Below, in pieces: positions 26,560-35,800 of a stretch of 64,000 nucleotides of DNA (position 1 is its first letter; each line of letters starts with the position of its first letter). The stretch lies in the IMG/VR virus record IMGVR_UViG_3300025133_000020. One strand, 5' to 3'. Source of the DNA: a virus (lineage: Duplodnaviria > Caudoviricetes). Made by a program: the position numbers and the translations under genes. A model generated the notes under the pieces. It was given only the letters and a program-made list of their open reading frames with translations, did no database searches and was not told the origin of the DNA.

Positions 26560-28566
26560 ATGGATTTATCAAGTAGTATTATGTCCGACATTACAGTGTA
26601 TATGAAGTACGCTAAATATGTACCCCACTTACAGAGAAGAGAAACTTGGGAAGAGTTGGTAACAAGAAACAAAGAAATGCACCAACGCAAGTATTCTCAC
26701 ATCGCTGACGAAATAGAAGAAGCCTACAAGCTGGTGTACGACAAGAAAGTTTTACCTTCAATGAGAAGCTTACAGTTTGGCGGCAAGCCAATCGAAATCA
26801 GTCCTAACAGGATTTATAATTGTGCGTACCTGCCAATAGACCACTGGAAAGCATTCAGTGAAACAATGTTCCTATTATTAGGCGGCACAGGAGTAGGATA
26901 CTCAGTACAACGTCATCACGTTGAACGCCTACCAGAAATAAGAAAACCTAACGCTAACAGACGAAGACGCTACCTAATCGGAGATTCGATAGAAGGATGG
27001 GCTGACGCAATCAAAATATTAATGAGAGCATACTTTGAAGGTATGTCAACTCCAGATTTTGATTTCTCAGATATACGTAAGAAAGGTGCCGCATTGGTTA
27101 CCAGTGGTGGCAAAGCGCCAGGACCGCAACCATTAAAGGATTGTGTTCACAACATCAGAAAGATTCTGGATACCAAAGAAGATGGTGACCAATTATCAAC
27201 ATTAGAGGTACATGATATTATCTGTTATATTGCTGATGCGGTATTGGCAGGTGGTATTCGTAGAGCAGCGTTGATTTCATTATTCTCAATGGATGATGAG
27301 GATATGCTTACCTGTAAATTCGGTAAGTGGTACGAGCTTAACCCACAAAGAGGTAGAGCAAATAATTCAGCAGTTATGCTTAGACATAAAATCACTGAAG
27401 ATAAGTTCTTCGATTTATGGAAGAAAGTAGAGGAAAGTGATGCTGGAGAACCAGGAGTTTACTTCTCAAACGATAAGGATTGGGGAACCAACCCATGTTG
27501 TGAAATAGGGCTAAGACCTAACCAATTCTGTAATTTGAACGAGATTAATGCTTCAAATATCACATCCCAAGCTGATTTGGAGAATAGAGTTAGAGTAGCA
27601 GCCTTCATAGGGACGTTACAAGCGGGTTACACGGACTTTCATTACTTACGTGATGTCTGGAAGCGTACAACAGAAAAGGATGCCTTAGTGGGTGTAGGAA
27701 TGACTGGTATCGGTTCAGGTGAAGTTCTTAAGTATGACTTAGCACTTGCGGCTGAGGCAGTTAAGGGAGAAAATGCTAGAGTCGCTAAGTTGATTGGTAT
27801 CAATCCAGCAGCTAGAACTACAACAGTTAAACCATCTGGAACCAGTTCATTGGTTCTTGGTACCTCTTCAGGTATTCACGCTTGGCACAATGATTATTAC
27901 ATTCGTAGAATCAGAGTAGGTAAGAATGAGTCAATTTATACGTATCTTCAGATATATCACCCAGAGTTGATTGAGGATGAGTACTTTAGACCGAACGACC
28001 AAGCTGTTATTTCTGTTCCTCAGAAAGCACCAGAGGGTTCAATCTTCCGACATGAATCACCAATGGATTTACTCAATAGAGTTAAGAAGTTCAATACTGA
28101 ATGGGTAGCTAATGGTCATATAGATGGTCAGAATACTCATAACGTATCGGTAACGGCATCCATCAAGAAAGAACCTGAGATGATTTCTGTTAAGGGTGAA
28201 GACGGTAAACCTATTAAGGGAGCCGAAGGTAAGGTTATTCTTGAACCTAAGAAGGATGAAGAGGGTAATATCATTTACAGAGTCAACGAGTGGGGCGCTG
28301 TAGGAGAATGGATGTGGGCTAACCGTGATACTTTCAATGGTATAGCAGTTCTTCCGTTCAATGGTGGAAGTTATATTCAAGCCCCTTTTGAGGACTGTAC
28401 CAAGGAAGTATACGAAGAAATGAGTAAGTCACTTCATAGTGTAGACCTTAGTAAAGTAATCGAGATTGACGACAACACAGATTTATCTGGAGAATTAGCT
28501 TGCAGTGGTGGTGGCGGTTGTGAGGTAGATATCGACATGTCTTCATTGTTAGAGGATAACTCATAG
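26560..28566 (+). CDS. nrdJ: Class II (adenosylcobalamin-dependent) ribonucleotide reductase
   Basis: VLPSMRSLQFGG, YNCAY, GGIRRAA, TNPCCEI, CNLNEI, TTVKPSGT and the C-terminal Cys pair ACSGGGGCE; no ATP cone. Confidence 0.92.
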   Translation: MDLSSSIMSDITVYMKYAKYVPHLQRRETWEELVTRNKEMHQRKYSHIADEIEEAYKLVYDKKVLPSMRSLQFGGKPIEISPNRIYNCAYLPIDHWKAFSETMFLLLGGTGVGYSVQRHHVERLPEIRKPNANRRRRYLIGDSIEGWADAIKILMRAYFEGMSTPDFDFSDIRKKGAALVTSGGKAPGPQPLKDCVHNIRKILDTKEDGDQLSTLEVHDIICYIADAVLAGGIRRAALISLFSMDDEDMLTCKFGKWYELNPQRGRANNSAVMLRHKITEDKFFDLWKKVEESDAGEPGVYFSNDKDWGTNPCCEIGLRPNQFCNLNEINASNITSQADLENRVRVAAFIGTLQAGYTDFHYLRDVWKRTTEKDALVGVGMTGIGSGEVLKYDLALAAEAVKGENARVAKLIGINPAARTTTVKPSGTSSLVLGTSSGIHAWHNDYYIRRIRVGKNESIYTYLQIYHPELIEDEYFRPNDQAVISVPQKAPEGSIFRHESPMDLLNRVKKFNTEWVANGHIDGQNTHNVSVTASIKKEPEMISVKGEDGKPIKGAEGKVILEPKKDEEGNIIYRVNEWGAVGEWMWANRDTFNGIAVLPFNGGSYIQAPFEDCTKEVYEEMSKSLHSVDLSKVIEIDDNTDLSGELACSGGGGCEVDIDMSSLLEDNS

Positions 28567-28590
28567 GGAAACCTAACAGTTAATAATGAG

Positions 28591-28619
28591 AAAGTGGTCA
28601 TCCGACCACTTTTTTTTTT
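28591..28619 (+). terminator. Rho-independent terminator after RNR
   Basis: AAAGTGGTC-ATCC-GACCACTTT plus a long T run. Confidence 0.85.
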
Positions 28620-28640
28620 GTCTTTTACTTTACTTCACAC

Positions 28641-28648
28641 TATTTATA
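28641..28648 (+). promoter_or_regulatory. TATTTATA motif upstream of HNH endonuclease 1
   Basis: Exact motif 25 nt before ORF 28674. Confidence 0.6.
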
Positions 28649-28673
28649 GTTATAATACTAAGATAAATGTGAA

Positions 28674-29510
28674 GTGATGAGTAAAAAAATAGATATGATA
28701 GATAAAAAATTTGGTAGGTTAACGGTTATTAGTGAGCATTCCAAAACTAGAAACGGGCATATACGATACGCTTGTGAATGTGAGTGTGGTAACAGTACCA
28801 ACGTATTAGGTACCCATCTTAGGCAAGGTAATACTATATCATGTGGGTGTGCTATACCTATAGGTAAAGCCAGAACTGATTGGACGGGGGTTGGTGAAAT
28901 GTCAGGCGCTTTTTGGGCTACGCATGTGGTTACTAGCGCTAGCGGTAATAAAGGTAGTAGGAGAGAATTACCATTAACGATAACAAAGGAAGATGCTTGG
29001 GATTTATTCTTAAAGCAGGGTAGAAAGTGTGCATTGAGTGGTATTGAATTGAAGTTTCCCGAAAGACATAATGATAGGTCGTGGACAGCTTCTTTGGATA
29101 GGATAGACTCGTCTGAGGGTTACATAGAAGGTAACGTTCAATGGTTACATAAGGACGTTAATATGATGAAACGCACCTACACCCAAGAACATTTTGTTAA
29201 AATGTGTGAATTGATTTCAGATAACTTAACTGACCTACCTGAAGAATCTAGCGTTAGAGGTAAATTAGTGCATCTTGCGTCAATCACGTATTTACATGGT
29301 TTAATATTTGAAAATTTCGAGGATTCGGATATGATAAAGGGTAAACTACAGAACGAATTGAATACACACTTAAATTTTGAGACTAAGATTGGTAATGTTA
29401 ATTGGGAAAATAGTATATTGAGTGGTGATATCTATTACAAACCAGTGGAAGGGGGTGAAAAATATATGGTATCAACGTTTACCGTTGTTAATACTGGGGT
29501 GATAGCGTAG
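28674..29510 (+). CDS. Free-standing His-Me/HNH-type homing endonuclease 1 with C-terminal extension
   Basis: N-terminal KFGRLTV...CECECG...LRQGNTISCGC Zn module; nuclease module CALSG...SLDRIDSSEGYIEGNVQWLHKDVNMMK; extra roughly 90-aa tail. Confidence 0.85.
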   Translation: MMSKKIDMIDKKFGRLTVISEHSKTRNGHIRYACECECGNSTNVLGTHLRQGNTISCGCAIPIGKARTDWTGVGEMSGAFWATHVVTSASGNKGSRRELPLTITKEDAWDLFLKQGRKCALSGIELKFPERHNDRSWTASLDRIDSSEGYIEGNVQWLHKDVNMMKRTYTQEHFVKMCELISDNLTDLPEESSVRGKLVHLASITYLHGLIFENFEDSDMIKGKLQNELNTHLNFETKIGNVNWENSILSGDIYYKPVEGGEKYMVSTFTVVNTGVIA

Positions 29511-29565
29511 CGGTGGGGCTTGTGAGGTAGATGTTGATATGAGTTCTTTATTGGAAGGAGAGTAA
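29509..29565 (+). pseudogene. Orphan duplicate of the RNR C-terminus (SGGACEVDVDMSSLLEGE*)
   Basis: Translates to a near copy of the RNR ending SGGGGCEVDIDMSSLLEDNS*; no start codon; overlaps the endonuclease stop. Confidence 0.85.
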
Positions 29566-29585
29566 ATATAGTATCATATTAAGTG

Positions 29586-29612
29586 AAAGGTGGGCTTGTC
29601 CCACCTTTTTTT
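29586..29612 (+). terminator. Rho-independent terminator after the RNR remnant
   Basis: AAAGGTGGG-CTTGT-CCCACCTTT plus TTTT. Confidence 0.85.
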
Positions 29613-29654
29613 GTGTTCTAACTATTTAGTTTTCGTAAATAATGTGTTAATTGA

Positions 29655-29661
29655 TATTTAT
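29655..29661 (+). promoter_or_regulatory. TATTTAT motif upstream of baseplate wedge gene
   Basis: GATATTTATT 18 nt before the ATG. Confidence 0.6.
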
Positions 29662-29679
29662 TACTAAGAACGAAAAACT

Positions 29680-31500
29680 ATGGCTCGAAAAATACCTTAT
29701 TTTGCCCGAAACTTTGCCGACATTAGAACCGAACTGGTTAATTATGTTAGGCAATACTACCCAGATATATTCAATGACTTCAACGATGCGTCCGTTGGTA
29801 TGATGCTACTGGAATTGAACGCTGCTACTGGTGACATGTTATCATTTCACACGGACAGAATGTTCCAAGAAACTCAAATTAATTACGCACAAGAACGGTC
29901 AAGCGTATTATCAATGGCTCGTACATTCGGGCTTAAAATTCCAGGTAAAAGACCATCAGTAAGTATAGTAGATTTCAGTGTAACCGTTCCAGTATTGGGT
30001 GATACGTGGGATATTAGTTACGCACCAGTAATTAGAGAAGGGGCACAAGTATCTGGCGCTGGAAAGGTATTCGAAACCTCAGATGATATAGATTTCTCAT
30101 CTCCGTTTGCATCAGGTGGTATACCAAATAGGTTAATTATACCTAATTTGGATAGTTCAAACAATATAGTTAATTACACCATAACCAAACGAGAGATGGT
30201 TATTAATGGTGTGACTAAGATATTCAAACGAGTGATGACGGAAAATGATGTAAGACCTTTCTTCGAATTATTACTACCTGAGACAAACGTTATATCTATT
30301 AATTCGATTGTTACACTTGAAGGAACCGATTTTACTACCACACCTACCATTGACCAATTTTTGGATAGTGAGTTAAGGTGGTTTGAAATGAACGCACTGG
30401 CAGAAGATAAGGTTTTTGTTAAAGATAATACACTTACCAGCGATAACACTTCAGTTGAGGTTGGTAGATGGGTTAAGGTAGACCAGCGATTTATTCGTGA
30501 GTATACCGATAATGGTTTTACAAAATTGATTTTCGGTGGTGGTTCCCAAGATATAGGGTCATTATGTGATTTCGATGTTGACGCAGCGTTGGTAAGTAGA
30601 ATCGGGGACTTCATTAATAATCTAAGTATGGGTACAACACCAAGCCCAAGCACTACTATGTTCGTAAGTTATAGAGTTGGTGGTGGTGCCGATACAAACA
30701 TAGGACCTAACGTTCTAACTACAGTTAATAATGTTAATATGTCCGTAAATGGGGTCGACTCAACTATAAATCAAGCGGTTAGAGGTTCATTGGAAGTTAA
30801 TAACCCACTACCAGCTTTAGGTGGTAAAGACGAACCATCAGTAGAAGAGATACGTAACTTAACACGTTACAATTTCGCTTCACAGGAGAGATGTGTAACA
30901 ATCAAGGACTACCAATCAAGAATTGCCTTGATGGATGGTGAGTTCGGGGTACCGTTCAGAACAGGTGTATTGGAAAATCAGAATAAGGTTGCGATTTATA
31001 TACTATCATTAGGTAGTGATGGGACGTTGACTAATCAGTCCACTAGCACGTTAAGACGTAATATAGCCACTTATTTGAGTGATTATAGGATGATGAATGA
31101 TTATGTGGAAGTAACTAACGGTCAAGTCATTAACTTAGCATTCGAATTGGGGTTATACATAGACAAGGAGTTCCCCCAAAGTCAAATCATAGCGGAATCC
31201 ATTAGTCAAATACAAAATTATTTTGATATCGATAATTGGGATATGGGTCAGAACATCTACATGAGTCAACTGATTGAGAATATCAATAATGTTGGTGGTG
31301 TATTAAACGTTATGGAGTTGAAAGTTTTCAATAAGGTGGGTGATGGATATTCCTTGAATCAAATAGCTCAACCATTATTGGATGAAGCCACAAAAGAGAT
31401 TGATTTGGCGCCTAACTACGCATTAATGGGTAGCCCTATAAGTATGTTTGAGATTAAGAGACCTAGCGTGGATATTCGCGTCCGTGTCAAGACTAATTAA
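29680..31500 (+). CDS. Baseplate wedge protein (T4 gp6 / baseplate J-like)
   Basis: YFARNFADIRTEL, FNDASVGMMLLELNA, SYRVGGG, GGKDEPSVEEIR, FASQERCVTIKDY and NVGGVLNV. Confidence 0.9.
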   Translation: MARKIPYFARNFADIRTELVNYVRQYYPDIFNDFNDASVGMMLLELNAATGDMLSFHTDRMFQETQINYAQERSSVLSMARTFGLKIPGKRPSVSIVDFSVTVPVLGDTWDISYAPVIREGAQVSGAGKVFETSDDIDFSSPFASGGIPNRLIIPNLDSSNNIVNYTITKREMVINGVTKIFKRVMTENDVRPFFELLLPETNVISINSIVTLEGTDFTTTPTIDQFLDSELRWFEMNALAEDKVFVKDNTLTSDNTSVEVGRWVKVDQRFIREYTDNGFTKLIFGGGSQDIGSLCDFDVDAALVSRIGDFINNLSMGTTPSPSTTMFVSYRVGGGADTNIGPNVLTTVNNVNMSVNGVDSTINQAVRGSLEVNNPLPALGGKDEPSVEEIRNLTRYNFASQERCVTIKDYQSRIALMDGEFGVPFRTGVLENQNKVAIYILSLGSDGTLTNQSTSTLRRNIATYLSDYRMMNDYVEVTNGQVINLAFELGLYIDKEFPQSQIIAESISQIQNYFDIDNWDMGQNIYMSQLIENINNVGGVLNVMELKVFNKVGDGYSLNQIAQPLLDEATKEIDLAPNYALMGSPISMFEIKRPSVDIRVRVKTN

Positions 31501-32436
31501 ATCAAACATTAATGTTGTTTTTAGTGATAACCACCTATTTATGATAAACGAATGACGATGAATTGTATTAAATGTGGTGGTAAGGTAACGAAGTTTGGTA
31601 AAATAAATAAGAGGCAGAGGTATCGATGTGGTAATTGTGATATTACGTTTACCGATACCTCTTTGATTAAAATTAAGGAGCGAAAGCTTAAATATGAAAA
31701 AATTGTAGATATGTATACCATAAGTGGTATGTCAACAACTGAAATAGGTAAGGTGTTAGGTACTTCATCTACGGTACCACAAAGAATATTAAAAGGTATG
31801 GGTATTACTAGAACTATAAGTGAAGCTAAGAAGGGTAAGTTAAGGGGTACTTCATTACCCACAGATAAAATAATAAGATTGTATTGCGAGGGTACTCCAA
31901 CAACAAAAATAGCTAAAGATTTGGGTTATTCGAAGACTTCTATTTTAAAAGTGCTCATGAGTAATAATATACCTAGAGATAACGAGTATGAATATCACCA
32001 CCCATATGATGACACTATAAAATGGTTATACATAGAAGGTAGCTCAATGTTAGAGGTGTCAAAACTACTTAAAATACCATACACCACCATTAATACTAGA
32101 TTACATAAGTTTGGTTTGGTTAGAACTGATGATAGATTTAGGATTGGTATGGATTACGATACTTATTTGGAAAATCTACCAGCTTATGATAAATATCGTA
32201 GTGATGTTAATAAGGTAACGAATGAGCAACCTATAGAGATATTAGATAATTGTGGTAAGCGTGGGTTATGCGGTGTGGATGGTGCATACCAATTAGACCA
32301 TAAGTTTTCTATCTTAGAAGGCTTTAAACAAGGTGTCGAACCAGAAGTTATTGGTAATATAGCTAATTTGGAGTTTATACCTTGGGAAGATAATCTTAGT
32401 AAGGGTGGCGACTGTTCCATCACTTTAGAAGAATTG
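31501..32436 (+). mobile_element. Homing-endonuclease cassette at the 3' end of the baseplate wedge gene
   Basis: Flanked by two synonymously different copies of R-V-K-T-N-stop (31483-31500 and 32437-32454). Confidence 0.68.
31536..31542 (+). promoter_or_regulatory. TATTTAT motif upstream of HNH endonuclease 2
   Basis: CCTATTTATG 9 nt before the ATG. Confidence 0.55.
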
Positions 32437-32454
32437 AGAGTTAAAACCAATTAA
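31552..32454 (+). CDS. Free-standing HNH homing endonuclease 2 (Zn ribbon + 3 HTH repeats + HNH)
   Basis: CIKC...QRYRCGNC Zn ribbon; three LY..G.S..EI helix-turn-helix repeats; YQLDHKFS...NLEFIPWEDNLSK nuclease; ends RVKTN*. Confidence 0.85.
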   Translation: MTMNCIKCGGKVTKFGKINKRQRYRCGNCDITFTDTSLIKIKERKLKYEKIVDMYTISGMSTTEIGKVLGTSSTVPQRILKGMGITRTISEAKKGKLRGTSLPTDKIIRLYCEGTPTTKIAKDLGYSKTSILKVLMSNNIPRDNEYEYHHPYDDTIKWLYIEGSSMLEVSKLLKIPYTTINTRLHKFGLVRTDDRFRIGMDYDTYLENLPAYDKYRSDVNKVTNEQPIEILDNCGKRGLCGVDGAYQLDHKFSILEGFKQGVEPEVIGNIANLEFIPWEDNLSKGGDCSITLEELRVKTN

Positions 32455-32504
32455 TAGTTGATTTAACGGAGCTTTAAATTATATTGATACAAAACTAATA
32501 AACT

Positions 32505-32885
32505 ATGGGATGTGGATGTAAAGGAGATAACAACTTCGAAATACCAGGAGCTAAAGAGGCTCATGAACCTAAAATAGGTTTAGACGTTAACACTATTGTT
32601 AAATGGGTGGTGTTCATTATTGTAACAATATTATCACCGATACTCGCCCCACCTATTCTGATTTGGGCACTATACAAAGGCGTTATCCAGAATGAAAGGT
32701 TGGATGCGATTCTAATGTTCAGGGCTATAGCTAGAGCAGCCAACGATATTTTGGAAGAAGAAGATGATTCGTTAGATGACGATGAAATTGATAGATTGGA
32801 TGAATTAGAGGTGGTAGAAATGGACGCTGACATCATGGATTTAATTAGAACGGCTCCAGTAGAAGAGTTACATAAGAATGGGTAA
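32505..32885 (+). CDS. Hypothetical membrane protein
   Basis: 126 aa; MGCGCK start, hydrophobic stretch VKWVVFIIVTILSPILAPPILIWAL, acidic tail. Confidence 0.75.
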   Translation: MGCGCKGDNNFEIPGAKEAHEPKIGLDVNTIVKWVVFIIVTILSPILAPPILIWALYKGVIQNERLDAILMFRAIARAANDILEEEDDSLDDDEIDRLDELEVVEMDADIMDLIRTAPVEELHKNG

Positions 32886-35800
32886 AAGTATAAGGATACG
32901 TACAACACCAAACGGTGATGATAAGTTTCTCAAAATCAATCTGGAACAGGATTTTGATTTTGTGGAGATATTGTCGTTGAAACTAACTCAGAAAGAGCTT
33001 TATACTAAGTTCTGTGCTGATTATGGTGCTATTGTGGGTAGAGTTACAGTTAATAACGGTTTCGGGGTACCTAACGCTAAAGTAAGTGTGTTTGTACCAG
33101 TATCAGAAGCTGATGCTATGAATCCAGAGATTTACGGAGAGTACCCTTACGAGACCATCAGTGACCTTGATAGCGATGGGGTAAGGTATAACCTACTTTC
33201 AGCCAATAACGACACTAACAACGAATGTTTCACACCAGTGGGGTCATTTCCGAACAAGAGAGGGTTCTTGGATGATGATGACCTATTGGATGTTTATTGT
33301 GAATACTATAAATACACCACCACCACAAACGATGCTGGTGATTATATGATTTTTGGGGTACCTACGGGTGCCCAAGTAATGTATGCTGAAGCTGATATGT
33401 CTGATATAGGTGTCATCAGCCAACATCCTTACGACTATATACGAATTGGTTCCTCACAAGAGAACTTTGACTCAACAACTAAGTTCAGAAAGGAAGATAA
33501 TCTGGACGCAATGAATCACATTTTAAACCGAAGCCCAATAGGGGTGGACGTTCAACCATTCTGGGGTGATGAGGGCAACTGTAATGTAATGATTACCAGA
33601 AGGGATATCGACATGAAAGTTAGGGTGATACCTCACGCTATATTCATCGGTTCCATATTCGGAGATAACGAAGAAAGCTCAATCAACTTTAAGTGTAACC
33701 CAAGGAAATCTTTGGGTGTCTTGGATGGTCAAGCTGCTGGTACTGGTAAGATTGAAATGATTCGACAAACCATTAATGGTGGCATCGAACGATTTGATGT
33801 TAAAGGTGGTCAATTAATCGATAAGGATGGTACATGGGCTTATCAAGTGCCTATGAATATGGACTATAGGGTTACCGATGAATATGGTAACTTAGTTCCA
33901 ACAGATGACCCGAATAAGGGTATCCCTACTTCAGCTAACGTTAGATTCCGAATAGGTATGGACGTTACTGGTGGTGAAGGTAGTTTAAGGAATAGGGCTA
34001 AGTATTTGGTACCACACAACCCAGAGGTGGTTAGTGACGTAGACTTTGAGTTTGGAAGTAATACCAGTCTTAATAGTTTCACTAAGTTAAGGTGGAATAC
34101 CATCTACACGGTTAAGAATCATATCAGGAGATATGAACGTACAGACTCACCATCCAATGCCCACATAAGGAATTTCGTGGGTGTTAAGGACGTTGATAGC
34201 GCCAGAGGTAAGTATACACCATTCCCATTCAATAGATTAGAGATAGCCAAAGATGCGCTATTTAACTTCATTTGTGCTCTGGTGATAGCATTATCGGTTA
34301 TTGTGGCTACCATTAATGGTACCATTGTGTGGATTATTAACAAAATTATTGGTATTATCAATGATATTATAGAGTTCTTCGGTGGGGACGGTTTAGCCTA
34401 TATAAAATGTATCACATTGGAGTGTAATCAACACCTATACGCTCCTGGATGTCTACAATCCCACGAAGGTTGTGGCGTATTACCTTTAGGTTCGATATGT
34501 GTTGGTTCCACACAGTATAATAGTTGTTTTCAGACTGACGTGTGGTGTGATGCTGGTTATACGCATTGTGTTGCTATAGGTTTGATAGAGAGCCTTAACT
34601 TACTGAAGTTCGACTTCTATAATGATTGGGTTAATGGTACGTTATATGCCCCATTATTCAAGTATGAAACAAAGAAAGAGGGTGAGGGACCTGATAGATT
34701 TTGTGAACGAACTTGTGGTGGTGGCGGTGTAAACAATGGTGACCCTACAGACCCTAACGGATTTGATAACGATTGTTATAAGGATACTTACATAATCGAT
34801 ACCTGTATTCCAGTTAATTCATGTAGTGTATATACTGCTGGTTCTAATAGAACTAATGAAGGTTTGATAGAGAAGAATGGTGATACCCTATATTACTCAC
34901 CATTCAGTAGGAATTTGGCGGTTAAGTTCTTTGCTACGGATATAGTGAGTCTAGGTTCCAGCGTTAAATGTCATTATGATGGTACACCATTCGTTCAAGA
35001 CCTTTGGATTGATACCACATACAATATGCCACCATTATTACCAGAATACGTGGTTACTGGTACCACACAACAAGATGATTTACAGCTTGTTGTCAGTGGT
35101 ATGGATAGTGAGTCTGCTAATATGGGTAATTCATTATTCATCGATGTTAATTGTGTTAATATTCAAGCACGTTCTCAACAATGCGGTAATATTAGGCGAC
35201 AATGTGAATTAGGGGTTGGTTTAGATGATTACTTAGTGAATAATCAAGGTGAGTGGATAGCAGACCCTAATTCCGAAATAAATAACGAGGATATCGATGT
35301 GCTATTCTCTAGAAACATCTTTGCTTGGTTGAATAACGAAGACTTAAGATTATTACACCCAGACCCTACTGACCCTACCTTCTCATGTACATATGATTCA
35401 TTCCCTAATTGTGGTGCTATTATAGGTAGTGATGATTATAACATATTCAGATATCATAATGCCAACCAAGGTATAACCACTAATATCACACCAAAGAATG
35501 ATGACTCATTTTACTTCTATTTCGGGTTAAATGCGGCATCTACAGCTATTAGTAAACTACGTGATAGATACTTTGCACCATGCCCAGTAATTTCAAGCCC
35601 TAACTTTACCGTAATTGGTAATGTTCAGGATAATACTAACGTATCATCACCTGGAAACGGTTCTATTGATGTCACGGTTATTGGTGGTCAAGGACCTTAC
35701 AATTATTTTTGGAGTTATCCAGATGGTACCACCCCTTCGATATTAGGTGAGAATAATGAGAATGGTGATATAGAAGACTTGGAAGGTGGTGTGTATACAC

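Larger units (their letters stand above)
28567..29508 (+). mobile_element. Homing-endonuclease cassette inserted at the 3' end of the RNR gene
   Basis: Terminator, promoter and endonuclease lie between two copies of the RNR terminal codons (28501-28566 and 29509-29565). Confidence 0.72.

Noticed and set aside
24527-28566. Inteins in helicase or RNR
   Set aside because: Lengths are normal, and there are no Cys/Ser-start...His-Asn-end splice motifs or LAGLIDADG blocks.
28501-32454. Endonuclease cassettes as group I introns
   Set aside because: The upstream genes already end in complete termini with stop codons (and a terminator for RNR). The non-coding space is under about 110 nt and shows no group I core elements, so no splicing is needed or supported.
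32505-32525. MGCGCK N-terminus as a eukaryote-style acylation signal
   Set aside because: The context is a bacteriophage, and no supporting lipobox or signal is present.
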